A stretch of 64,000 nt of DNA from Gnetum montanum (lineage: Eukaryota > Plantae > Gnetophyta). Made by a program: the position numbers and the translations under genes. The stretch lies in the NCBI GenBank assembly GCA_015680685.1, contig MNCI01000310.1, positions 1-64,000 of the forward strand, written 5' to 3'. Below, piece after piece: positions 12,725 through 24,675 of this stretch (positions within the stretch are counted from its first letter, which is position 1; each line of letters starts with the position of its first letter). Under the pieces are notes generated by a model, which saw nothing but the letters and a program-made list of their open reading frames with translations, searched no databases and was not told the origin of the DNA.

Positions 12725-13304
12725 GATCCATTGGGCCAACCGTTGGTCATGAGGGTCCATTGGGTCAACCATTGGTCATAAGGGTTCGTTTGGCCAACCA
12801 TTGATCACAAGGGTCTATTTTGGCTACAATTCATCATGAGGGTCCATTTGGCCAACACTTGGTCATGAGGGTCCATTGGGCCAACCATTGGTCATGAGGG
12901 TCCATTTGGCCAACACTTGGTTGCGAGGGTCCGTTTGGCCAACACTTAGTCATGAGAGTCTATTTTCCCAAAGCTTGATCATAGGAGTCCGTTGGGCTAA
13001 CACTTGGTCATAAGGGTCTGTTTGGCTAACACTTGGTCATGAGGGTCCATTGGGCCAACCATTGCTCACAACTGTCCATTTGGCAAACACTTGGTTGCAA
13101 GGGTCCATTTTGCCAACACTTGGTCATCAGGGTCCATTGGGCCAACACTTGGTCGCGAGGGTCTGTTTGGCCAATGCTTGGTCACAAGGGCCCATTTGGC
13201 CAACACTTGGTCTTGTGAGAGCATTCATGCCAGTACAGCTATGTGGGATGCTGTCATGGAGAGAACTCTCACAAGAGCACCATGCAATGCTCCTAGGGAG
13301 AATG

Positions 13305-13378
13305 CTACCTCTCCCCATATATGTTGATTGGGAAAATTTCATCCATACCAACCTACACCATTATAAATTTGGTCACAA
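13305..13378 (-). promoter_or_regulatory. Putative Pol I spacer promoter, copy 3
   Basis: Minus strand CATATATGGGGAGAGGTAG plus homologous upstream block. Confidence 0.72.
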
Positions 13379-14154
13379 TAGTCTATTTGGCCAACGCTTT
13401 GTCACGAGGGTTCATTTGGCCAACACTTGGTCACGAGGGTCCATTTTGCCTATAGTTGGTCACGAGGGTCCATTTGGCCAACAATTGGTCCCGAGTATCC
13501 ATTTGGCCAACACTTGGTCAGAAGGGTCCGTTTGGGTAGCATATGGTGTCAAGGGTCCATTAGGCCAAACCTCGATATTGAGGGTCCATGTGGCCAACAC
13601 TTGGTTGGTTCATAATGTCTGTTTTACCTACAGTTGGTCCCAAAGGTCTGTTAGGAAAGTGGTTGGCCATGAGGGTCTATTGGGTTAACCCTTTGGCTTC
13701 AAAGGGGGTCTTTTTCTAGCCAACACTTGAGAGCTTTATTAAGTCAATCATGAGCAAAAGAGGAAAACTCATGGTTGTCAAAGTGTTGCATTTTGGTCTC
13801 CCACTCTATGCAACCTCATAGGCAGGGAATGTCCCTTGTTAATGATGCAAATGAACAAAAGTCCCCCACCTAGGTGAGGTTCCCAATCGTGAGATCAAAA
13901 AACATATTCAGACTCTGAGGCTACCGACCAGAATTGGACTCAGAAGAAAGGGACTATGTATGCATGTGTGTGTGTGTAATGATACATGTGCCTGTGAAGG
14001 GGGAGACATCCCTCTCTCAAAACAAATGCATGACCTATATTCGCCTACCCCCAGGAGATGACAATTTCAATATGATGAAACACGGCCAAGCTTTTGTAGA
14101 GAAAAAGCAAAAGAGAAGGCCCAAATAAGAGGATGAGGGGGAGAGACTATGATC

Positions 14155-15058
14155 TTGAATCTTGACGATAAGGGACCAAATCTCAATGGATCATGGTAGC
14201 AATGCAACTATGCCATTTACAATACCCTATCGTGTATTTAAGTCGTCTACAAAGGATTCTTCTTACTGATCGCTTGAAATGAAACTGCATGGCTCCCAAC
14301 CCCCCACCGTGCAAGTAGGACCAAGGGGTATCATGGACACATGCCAATAGGAGCAATGAAGCCTGCCCCCACCACAAGTCAAGTAGCAATCGACAAGGAA
14401 AGAGGCACCACCTCTGGCATGGATTCTCGCTTAGAGGAATTCAATCATAATCTGACACATGGTAGCTTCGCGTCACTGTCTTTTCAAATAAACACAATGA
14501 CAATTGTGTGAATCAATGGTTCCTCTTGTACTAAGTTGAATCACTATCATGGTGTGCATCATCAGTAGGGTAAAACTAACCTATCTCATGATGGTCTAAA
14601 CCTAGCTCATGTTCCCTATTGGTGGGTGAATAATCCAACACTTGGTGAATTCTGCTTCACAATGATAGGAAGAGTTGACATCGAAGGATCAAAAAGCAAC
14701 ATTGCTATGAATTCTTGGATACCACAAGCTAGTTATCCCTGTGGTAACTTTTCTAACACCTCTAGCTTCAAATTCTGAAGATCTAAAGGATCAATAGGCC
14801 ACACTTTCATGGTTTTTATTCGTACTAAAAATCAAAATTAAATGAGCTTTTACCCTTTTGTTCCACATGAAATTTCTATTCTTGTTGAACTCATCTTACG
14901 ACACATGTGCTATCTTTTAATAGATGTGCTACCCTAGCCAAACTCCCCACCTGACTCTATCTTCCATGCAAATCGACACATTGAGTCATGTATTGGGTCC
15001 AAAAGTGATGATCGTGTCACATTCTCGACCAACGGAGTAAGTAAAATAACATTAAATG
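14155..15058 (-). rRNA. 26S rRNA pseudogene, 3' part
   Basis: Antisense LSU landmarks with transitions, e.g. agtagggtaaaactaacct, gttccctattggtgggtgaa, gttatccctgtggtaacttt. 3' end approximate. Confidence 0.95.
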
Positions 15059-15153
15059 AGACATTTGTTTCATTAGGAATCGCAACTACCAACAATCTAG
15101 ATCTGTGAGCGACAGCAGCGCCGGCAGCTCCAGCAGTGGCGGCGGCCGCGACT

Positions 15154-16826
15154 ATGGCCGCCACCACCATGGTCGACTTACTAGCCCTTTTCAAAGGCTA
15201 CAGCAGCGACTAGGCAGCGACAGCGACTACAGCAGCGACGGCAGCTACAGCAGCTACAGCAGCAGTGGCGGCTACCACGGCCATGACTTCGGCGGCCGCG
15301 ACTACGGCCGCCACCACCATGGTAGTGACTCCAGCAGCAGCAGCAGCGACTACGGCCGCAACCAACACGACGGTGACTACGGCGGCAGTGACCTCCGAGA
15401 CAATGACCCCCGCGATGGTGACCCCGGAGAGGGCTGGCTCCGCGACCCCCGTGGCTATGGCTGCTGGGCTCCCTGGGACAACGTCCCCCACGATTGCGCC
15501 TCTGGGGACAGTTGGCATCGCAGCTGCGGCAACCAGGGTGGCCGCAGCACCTGGCGGGTCCATCGAGGCTCATTCCCGTTCCAACAACACCTTGCTCCTT
15601 CGCATCCGTAACCCCCCTACCGAAGGCATTCGTACCATGGAACGAAGCCTCATTGGTCGTTTCATCTCCCGGGAGAGCCGTCCCCAGCTTGACTTGATAC
15701 GCCGCTGGGTCAAGGAGCAGTGAAAAATGGAGGATGTTACCGTCCGGAGCCTCTCGGAGGACCTGCTCCTCTTTGTCCTCCCCTCCTTGCAGGCCCGCAA
15801 TTCCGTTCTTCTCGGCGAGACTTGGTTATATGGGGCCCGTGGTCTCGCATTGACCCCCTAGCGCCCCGGCACCCACAGAGAACCCGACCTGTTTACCCGT
15901 GCCCCAATCTAGATCCGAGTGGCCGGTATCCCATGGGAGTTATAGAGCCTTGAGTTCTTGTAGGAGGTAGCAGGGCATTTCAGCGAGTTCATTACTTTCG
16001 ACAGGGTCACGCGGTCGCTGGACGGGTTGGGCTTTGCCCGGTTCTGTGTCTGGCGGAACCTGACAACGACCGACCTTGTCCGGGAAGTCGTCCTAGAACT
16101 CCCAGGCGGGGAGGAATCCCTCCAAATTACCTATGAAAACATGGACGCTTGGGACCAGACGCTGCACAGCATGGCCCCCCGCATGGACTAGCCAGGCAGG
16201 TGCGGATGTTGTGGTAAGCCAGGCCATCGTGAGGCAGACTGTCGATTTCATAGGCCCCGACCGACTAACCCAGCCTGCCAACTTTTTGAGGAGGGTGCTT
16301 GGGTCACCATGGGCTGTAAGGGCCGACTGCACCCTCCACCTAACCACCCCCCTCCCCCACGCCCCCGCACACATACACACGCCACCCCTCCCCCCCAAGG
16401 TCCCCTCCACCGCCCCCCACCCGCACATGGTAACCCCCTCACACCATGCCCCCCCCCACGGNNNNNNNNNNNNNNNNNNNNNNNNNNNNNNNNNNNNNNN
16501 NNNNNNNNNNNGCTACTCCCCCACATTCCCTCTCCCCCACTACTACCCCCAGGTCCCTCGTCAAGACACCCCACCACTCCCAATCACCAGCCCCCACCGA
16601 CCAACCACAACCACCCGAATTGGAACCAGTGCTTCCCCCACTAGGGGACTCGGTCAACGTCTTTCGGAGGAGCACCCAGACCAGACAGTGCAGAGCACCA
16701 CAGTCCCCAGCTAAGGAAACTGGTTGCACCCCTGTGGTCCTTGAGGGGGAGGGGCGCCCAAGCCGCCCGACTGAGTCCCATTCCAGAAGTCAACAAGCCC
16801 AACAACACATTGACTTGGGTCAATAG
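15154..16826 (+). pseudogene. LINE ORF1 (Ala/Thr-rich N-terminus, DUF4283/RRM-like region, CCHC knuckle, Pro-rich tail), disrupted
   Basis: SLIGRFIS..IRRWVKEQ(W), PI(W)IRVAGIPWEL(W), LGFARFCV, ITYENM; CGCCGKPGHREADC at ~16200-16245; TGG>TAG/TGA stops; N gap 16462-16511. Confidence 0.88.
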
Positions 16827-16870
16827 CAGACCTTACGGGAGATCTACCAACACCACACCTCTGGTTGCGC

Positions 16871-19800
16871 ATGAAGATTTTTAGTTGGAATTGCAGGGGT
16901 CAGGGTACCCCCTATAAACGAAATACCCTGCACTGTATTGTCAGCGAGGAGCATTGTGATGTGGTTTGTCTCCAGGAAACCAAGTTGCAGGCTGCGGAAT
17001 CCGGTCACCTCCAGTGGACGGGCTGGACCACATACCTGCACCTCAGCCAGGGCCGGGCCGGCAGCTTGGCCATTCTTACACGCCCTACCACCACTCTGGT
17101 AGATTCCTCCCCATGGACCATCATGGTCCAAGATCCCGCCCATGGTTTTTGGCTGACCAACTTCTATGGGGCGCAGGCTTGGGAATTACGGCTCCAAGAA
17201 TTGAATTGGATGGCCTTGCTAGTGCCTAACCATGGCTCCTGGGTGGTTGTCGGTGACTTCAACCAGTGTTTGTACCCCTGGGAAAAATCTGGGGGGGCCC
17301 CCCCCCCCCCCCCGGAAGTGCCTGATTTCATGGAGTTCCTTAAGCGCTCATCTCTTGTTGATCTGTCCATTGCCAACTACCGTTTCACCTGGAGCAACCG
17401 GCAGAAAGGGGTGCACCATGTCCTCACCCGCATTGATCGTGTTTTTGTTAGCTCAGCTCTCCTCCTTGGCACCGCCATCACCGTGACCGGGCAGGAGCGG
17501 GCTGCTTCTGACCACCGCTTGTTGGTGGTGTCCATTGGCCCGCCTCAACCTCGGGCCCAAAGCCATTTTCAGTTCGAGCCCTCATGGCTTACCAAGTCAT
17601 GGCTTTGCCCACTGGTGGAGGACATCTGGGTAGATTACCAGCTGGGTTGGATGGACCCTCGGGCCTTCCTCAAAGAAGCTCTCCTTCAGCTCAAGTGGGC
17701 CATCCAGGCCATCCCGGTGGGGGAGAAGTTTTCTTTTCGAGCTAGCCACAAGTTGGTTCGGGCGCAGCTCAGACACATCCAGGTGCAACAAGAGACTGGG
17801 GAGGACCTGCACATAAAGGAGATGCACCTCCTTCGTCAACTCCAGAGTCTCAACCACGAGGAGGAGATCTATTGGCGGCAGCGATCCCGGATTAGATGGC
17901 TTCGCGAGGGGGACCGACATACGAAATTCTTCTTCGCCATGGCGAAGACGCATGGCGAAACCCACATCCGTAGCATCCGTACCCAGGATGGGGTGGTGGT
18001 TGATGACCCGCAGGGGATCGCCAACGAGCTCTCGGGTTACTGGGGACATTTTTGGACTAAGCACATCACCTAGTCCATCTCCGTCCATGTGACAATCAGC
18101 GCCTTCTGGCCCCCTTCTCTGAGACAGAGTTGACCAACACCATCAACAACATGCCGAGAGGTAAAGCACCTAGACCGGACGGTTGGTCACTGGAGTTCTT
18201 CAGAGCTTTCTTGGATATTGTGGGCCCCAATCTTATGGATGCTTTCAACATCATGCTGGCCAGACGGCAAGTACGGCGCGAACTCAACTGCTCGTGCATC
18301 ATCTACATCCCAAAATAGTTGAATGCACACCACCCGAAGCACTTTCGTCCCATTGGGGTATGCAATGTCCTCATTCGCATCTTCTCCAAACTCCTAGTCA
18401 ACCGTCTGGGCCCCCTCTTGCCTAAGTTGGTTGGACGCAATTAGGCGGGCTTCGTCCATGGTAGGACCCTTCAGGATTAGGTTCTTCTTATGCAAGAGGT
18501 CCTTCACTCCCTCCGCTCTATGGGGTTTCCTGGTCTATGTCTCAAGCTTGACATAGCGAAGGCATATGACACGCTTAGCTGGGACGCCCTACACGACATC
18601 ATGCATAGGAAAGGCTTTGACCCTAGATTTATCCAACTATGTTTGCATATCCAGTCCTCCGCTAGGTTCTCTTTTGATGTGGGGGGGGCGGCTATGAGGC
18701 TTTTCCTCCCCTAGTAGAGGTCTGTGGCAAGGCGACCCCTTGTCCCCCTTACTTTTCATCATTGCCATGGACCTCATGCAATCCTACTGCAGTACCTCGG
18801 GGATGGAGGGCCTGGACATTGCGGGGGTAGATTGCCGTGTTGAACGCTACGCTAACGATACCATGCTTCTCAGTCGGGCGACGGTCCCGCAGGCCCGGTG
18901 TATCAACCTGGCCCTGACCAAATTGGCCGCTGAGTTAGGTTTAGAAATCAACCACACCAAGTCGACGGCGTACTTCATCAATGTGGACCCACAGGTGCAG
19001 GACCGGGTTACACAAATCCTGAAAGTTCAACCCAGGAAAATCACCGATATCTACCTTGGTATTCCGTTGTTCCAGTGTGGATGGAACAATACTTGGACCC
19101 CCCTCCTAGCCAAGCTCGAGAAATGCATCAATCACTAGCCTAACAGTTTTCTTACGTGCAAGGGCCACCTCCTCGTGGCCACTGGGATCCTTGCAGCCAC
19201 TACGTGCTTTGTGGCGGTGGTCGTCGAGTCCCCCACAGCCATCATCCACCAGATCAATGCCTGGATCCGCTGTTTCATTTGGTGGGGGGCCAAAGGGGGG
19301 AGCAAACTCCATCTTATCAACTAGCACCGCTTGGCCCATCCTTGTATGGCAGGGGGGTTGGGGGTCACGACTTTCGAAGATGAATGCACGATGGGGCAAC
19401 AGCGGCTGGTCAACTGGCTCACGCATGCGCGGGGGGAGTGTAGCCAGTGGGCCCACATCGCCCACTGGAAGTACACGCTTTGGCTACCTGGATCACATGC
19501 TTCAAGGCCTTGGCTGTCCATCTATCGGCATGTGCGGAGGATGTTGAGCTTGAACTGGATCCACCTCGAGCTGCGCGCCAACCTGACCCATAAATATCCC
19601 CCGGAGGACGGCTGGTTGGCGATCTGGTGTGGGCGGCTCCCCGAGAAAGTCAAAATCTTTCTCTGGCTGCTCAGATCTACCGTGCTCTCCATGCATGCCA
19701 TACTGCAGCAACGTGGCATCATGCATGACACCACATGTCTGCGCTATGGCATTGGCCTTTAAACCCTCAACCACTTCATCTATGACTGCCCCTGCATGAT

Positions 19801-19935
19801 CGCCACTTAGCGCACGTGCAGAATGCCCCCCCCCCCCTCGCGGTTTTTTACTGGTGACTCCTGGGCGACGCTGTTGTTATGGCATGCCTGGAAGGTGCGG
19901 AATTGCATGGTCTTTGCACAGGCAGCTACCCCCCC
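16871..19935 (+). pseudogene. LINE ORF2 core: APE endonuclease, reverse transcriptase, zf-RVT; disrupted
   Basis: MKIFSWNCRG, VCLQETK, VGDFN, TRIDRVF, SDH; GKAPRPDG, FRPIGVCN, KLDIAKAYD, QGDPLSPLLF, YANDT (YADD), YLGIP, GGLG, KVKIFLW, WHAWKVRN. Confidence 0.96.
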
Positions 19936-21345
19936 TGGCAACTTATCCAGCAGACCTACAGAGCGTGGCGTGAGATTGCGGACGCCATGGGGAAGACGTC
20001 GATGTACGAACCTGACTGCGCCGCCTACTAGGATGATGAGGAGCTATGGCGGATGGTCTGCCAGTGCGGCTGGGCCGCCCTACTGCAGAGGTTGGTCGGG
20101 GACCCTAACCTTCCTGACAATTTATTCTTTACTAACTAGCGCGGGGATCAGACCTACTTTCAAGGTCGCAAAATTTGCCTCACGGAAGTGGCCTTGGCCA
20201 ACTACCTGGGGGTCCTGGCCGCTGGGGAGGTCATCCTGCCGACCTCCCACGGCCTCCATAACTCTGTGACCTTCTTCGAGGGGCTTTCCCCTAGAACGCA
20301 GAGTCGTCAGGTCCCTCGGACTTCCCTCCTGCGCCTCTAGGCTCACGCTGCTGCCTTGGTGGATCGCTTTTTTATCCAGTCGGGCAATGTTTCCAAGCTC
20401 CAGGGGCTACATTTTACTTTCCTGCGGTGCTTGAAGGAAGGCACCCAGGTTAACCTGCCGCATTTCTTCCTCGAGGCCCTCCACCTTAAATGACGTGGTC
20501 GCCACTTGGGGTTAATTTTCGCTTTGTGGCGGGGGGCAGGAGGGCAGGGGGCACCGGGCCTGTCCTCTACCCCCACTGGGGGTCGCCTCGTTGATGCCCC
20601 CCTGCTTCCCCCACTTCCCCCACCCCGCCCAGTTAACGGCGTTGGGCTGCTTTCAACCTTACCTGGGGACGTCGCTCCCACCGCAATCCTGCCCCCTCGC
20701 CTGACCCCCCCAGCGTCCCCCCAAATTGGGAGGCGGAACTTCAACAGGCGGTCACTGCTGCTCGGGAGGCCGAGCGACAGAGTTCGGAGAGTAGGTGGAC
20801 CGAGATCCTGGCCTAGTGACGTGCTGAGCATGAAGCCTAGCTTCAGGAACAAGCACAACAGCAGAATCGGCAGCACACGCTCATGATGGAGACTTTGCGG
20901 GCCCAACTCACGGATGAGCTCCGGGACCGAATCAGGGAGGAGCTGCGTCAAGAGGAGGCGGCTCATCTGACCCGAGAGGCGGTGGCCCGAGAAGAGTAGG
21001 AACACCTGCAAGAGGAAGAAAAGCAATGACAACGGAAACTCGACTGGGCACATCAGCACAGTGCCTGCCAGTGGCTCAGGGGGGCGCTGCCCGTATAGCA
21101 TTTTGGGCATTAGCTGTGAGAGCTCCTGGGGGGAGCTCAGATGCCACATCAGACGCACGTTCGCTAGATTGTACCCCGATGCGGGGGATTCCTCGGTGAA
21201 CCGGAGCAGGCGCGAGGCTCTTATGCAGGGCTTTCAACAAGCTGCTAACTTTGTGGACACTGAGGAGCATTGCGCCACCCTGGACCTGCTTCATGAGCTG
21301 GAGCGGCATCGGTGTGCCTGTCGCCACCTGCCGACTCGCCCCTAG
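19936..21345 (+). pseudogene. Extra C-terminal module of the LINE: Transposase_32-like (LTR-element extra-ORF) domain, Pro-rich linker, coiled coil
   Basis: One frame 19936-~20720 with a few stops: CQCGWAALLQRLVGD..LFFTN..TYFQGRKICLTEVALANYLGVLAAGE..LVDRFFIQSGNVSKLQGLHFTFLRCLKEGTQVNLPHFFLEAL; then E/Q/R-rich helix ELRDRIREELRQEEAA after a frameshift. Family call by eye. Confidence 0.65.
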
Positions 21346-21661
21346 CTCCCCCCCTGCCACTGCCCCCCCATTTTCGATTTGTTTTATCTTGTCTGTTTGT
21401 TGGGGTTGTGCCCCCCCCTTCTCCCCTCCTATTTTTGTGGTTGGGGGTGCACCCCCCCCCTTTTGGTTGGGGTTTTTGAGGTTTATGCAGTTTTGTGGTT
21501 CAGTGGCTCAGCTCGGAGTCCTCCGAGTTTGAATTTTTGTGGGTTTCCGAGACCCCCCCTTTTTTCAGGGTGGGCCACCCCTGGCCCCCCCCCCCCTTTT
21601 TGTAATTGTATACTCGTGTACCATACTTTCAGTAATACAAACCCAAAAATTCTCTCTAAAA

Positions 21662-21889
21662 AAAATAACATTAAATGTAGTGGTATTTCATTTGTGTCGT
21701 GAGAGGCTCCCACTAATTCTACACCTCTTAAGTGATTTCACAAAGTTAGACTAGATTCAACCTCAACAAGGTCTTCTTTCCCCACTAATTCTACCAAGCT
21801 TGTTCCCTTGGCTATGGTTTCACTAGATAGTAGGTAGGGACAATGGGAATCTCGTTAATCCATTCATGCATGTCACTAATTAGATGACA

Positions 21890-21927
<38 letters not shown>

Positions 21928-24215
21928 ATCATTTACCCATGCTTTGTTGAATTTCTTCACTTTGACATTTAGAGGACTAGGTAAAAATCACATTGCATCA
22001 GCATCCACAAGGACTATCACAATGCTTTGTTTTAATTAAATAGTCAGATTCCCCTTGTCCAAGCTAGCTTTGAGTTGGTTGTTCATTGCCTAGGGAAAGC
22101 CCTCCCCTATGGAGGGGGGTAGGGCACTCTGCATCCGTCACCCAATCGACTTGTAAGGGCCTACCATCGACACAAAAGCAGCTTAGGTAGGCCCTCAATA
22201 GCCCGCAGGTTTAGGGTGTAGACCCCTAGGCCCAACCCTCAAAGCTAATTCTTTTCCCAAAGTTACGGATCCATTTTGCTGACTTTCCTTACCTACATTG
22301 TTCTATGGACTAGAGGCTATTCACCTTGGAGACTTGATGCAGTTATGAGTATGAATAGGCATGAATGTTACTTAATTCTCTAAATTTTTAGGGGCTTCCA
22401 AGGGTGCACCAAAAATCATAGGACGTGCGATGCTCTTCCAACCATTGGATCCTATCTCCAATTGAGCTGATTTTAGGGTGGGCAGGCTATTAAAAAGAAA
22501 AGATAACTCTTCCCAAAGCCCTCATTGGAATCTCTAGATTCCCAAACATTGCTATCCATTGCCATGTCCCAGTTTGAGAATGTTAATCCAATTCCCTTTT
22601 GAGATCTCATGTGGAGTACCCCCATTGGAAGGGGCTCCTCCATCTCTTAGGATCGACTAACCAATGTCCAAGTGCTATTCACATGGAACCTTTCTCCACA
22701 TCGGTCTTCAAATTTCTCATTTGAATATTTTCTACCACCACCAAGATCTACATAGGGGGCTACTCCACCCAAGCTCATGACCTAGGATTCGCAATGACCC
22801 CTACACCCTCCTACTCATCGGAGCCTGGCACTTGCCCTGATGGCCGAGCATAGGTCGCATGCCTAAGTGTCATACATTTTTAGGGATAGTTGATTTGGCA
22901 GGTGAGTTGTTACACACTCCTTAGTAGATTTTGACTTCCATGACCACTATCCTGCTATCTTAATTAACCAACATCCTTTGTGGATTTTAGGTTAGCGCAA
23001 AGTTAGGAATTGTAGCTCAACTTTCAATTTAGCCCACATCACCAGTTCTTCTTACCAAAAATGGCTCACTTGGAGCTCTCAATTCATTGACGTGGCTCAC
23101 TGAGGTAGCCACACCATCTTACCTATTTAAAGCTTGAGAATAGGTCGAGGGCATTATGCCCCCGATGCCTCTAATCATTTGCTTTACCTGATAAAACTTG
23201 AGAATGTGAGATCTAGCTATCCTGAGGAAAACTTTGGAGGAAACTAGCTACTAGATGGTTCAATTATTCTTTTTTCCCTATACCTAAGTTAGATGAACAA
23301 CTTGCACATTAGTATCATGATAGGCCTCCAGTAGAGTTCCTCTCTAGCTTCACCCTACTTAGGCATAGTTCACCATCTTTCAGGTCACAATAGGCATGCT
23401 CTCACTCAAACACTTCTAAACAAGATCAAGGTTGGTGGATGATGCTCCAGACCCTCGCACATATCCCACCTTTCAGCTTCCTTAAACCATGTAGGTTTCC
23501 AAACCAGATGACTCGCATGCATATTAGACTCCTTGGTCCATGTTTCAAGATGGGTCGAATGGAAAGCTAATGGAATCTGCGTCCCAAGCATGCAAGCACC
23601 ATAGGATCCACCCCTCAAAGGGGGCATGCACTTGGGCCCTTGATCATCGCAATGGTAGCACATGTATAGCTATCTACACATGCTTATGCCACAATACCAA
23701 TCCATGTAGACTCACCTCTAGGACCAAGTGACAAACCGAAGCATACACACTCTGCTCCACATCCGGCTGGGAAGAAACCTTGGCCTCCATCCACTTTCCT
23801 CTTGATAATTTCAAGTACTTTTTAACTCTCTTTTTAAAGTCCTTTTCATATTTCCCTCATGGTACTTATTTGTCATCAATCTCTCACATGTATTTAGCCT
23901 TGGACGAAATTTACCACCTACTTAGGGCTACATTCCCAAACAACCCGACTCGTCGATAGCACCCCATGATGCAGCAGGGTCCAAGCCCAATGGGGCTATC
24001 ACACTCTCTAGTGCCCCATTCCAGGGGACTTAGTCTTAGTCCACTAGAGGAGACACTTCTATGGACTACAATTCAGGTGGCAACCGCCACCAGATTTTCA
24101 TGTTGGGCTATTCTTGGCTCGCTTGTCATTACTAGGGGAATCCTCATAAGTTTCCCTTCCTTCACTTAGTTATATGCTTAAACTCAGTAGGTACCCTTGC
24201 CTAAATTGGGATCAC
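21662..24215 (-). rRNA. 26S rRNA pseudogene, 5' part
   Basis: Antisense LSU landmarks ggcatttggctaccttaagagagtcatagttact, ccttggtccatgtttcaaga, tatatgcttaaactcag; many CG/CHG transitions. Confidence 0.96.
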
Positions 24216-24518
24216 TACAAAGTGGGACCATCACCCCTCTTATGTGTAATGCAAAGGAGGTACATTACCCTCCTAGAACCACCAGTTGCATGGTCCTACA
24301 TTGCATCAAAGGAGAAGGGTGGGGAGGGGGCTGACATACCTCATGCATGCTTAGCGTAGGGAACGTAGAGACCACCACCACCAACCATTGCTTCATCTGG
24401 GGAGAAGTAAGGAAACATGAATGATAGCAACTTTCAGCCAACCATACATCAGGAGACACAGACAACCACATCCACTACCCCCTCAGATGGGGCAAAGAGG
24501 GTGTGTTGTAGGATCTTC
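24216..24518 (-). other. ITS2
   Basis: Lies between the 26S 5' end and the 5.8S. Confidence 0.85.
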
Positions 24519-24675
24519 ATGACACCCAGGTAAATGTGCCCTCAACCTAGGCCTTAGGTGCAACTTGCGTTCAAAGATTTGATGATTCATGGGATTTTTC
24601 AATGCATGAAAAGTATCACATTTTGCTATGTTCTTCATTGAAATGAGAGCCAAGATATCCATTTTTGAGAATCAT
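24519..24675 (-). rRNA. 5.8S rRNA pseudogene
   Basis: Antisense gacacccagg..caacttgcgttcaaaga..ttcttcattg..gagccaagatatcc, with transitions in conserved motifs. Confidence 0.93.

Larger units (their letters stand above)
10485..13730. repeat. 30-bp tandem satellite A (rDNA IGS subrepeat downstream of 26S)
   Basis: Consensus GGCCAACACTTGGTCATGAGGGTCCATTKG across ~3.2 kb, interrupted by three promoter-like blocks. Confidence 0.92.
15059..21661 (+). mobile_element. Full-length L1-clade LINE inserted antisense into 26S rDNA
   Basis: Perfect 16-bp TSD AAAATAACATTAAATG at 15043-15058 and 21662-21677, short A-tail, ORF1 and ORF2; the 26S is continuous once the element is removed. Confidence 0.97.

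Noticed and set aside
11553-13688. ORFs in satellite A
   Set aside because: Translations of a 30-bp repeat in overlapping frames
13730-14155. Linked 5S rRNA gene in the spacer
   Set aside because: No recognisable 5S sequence on either strand by eye; a very decayed copy cannot be excluded
20343-21158. 271-aa antisense ORF in the LINE
   Set aside because: Leu/Ser/Phe-rich mirror of the sense coiled-coil and Pro-rich codons; the sense frame carries the recognisable motifs
15059-21661. rDNA-specific R1/R2-type retrotransposon
   Set aside because: It has APE plus DUF4283-type ORF1 (L1 clade), is antisense to the rRNA, and lies ~230 bp from the intact R2 site (~21900). The target reads TTTT/A on the minus strand, an ordinary L1 preference.
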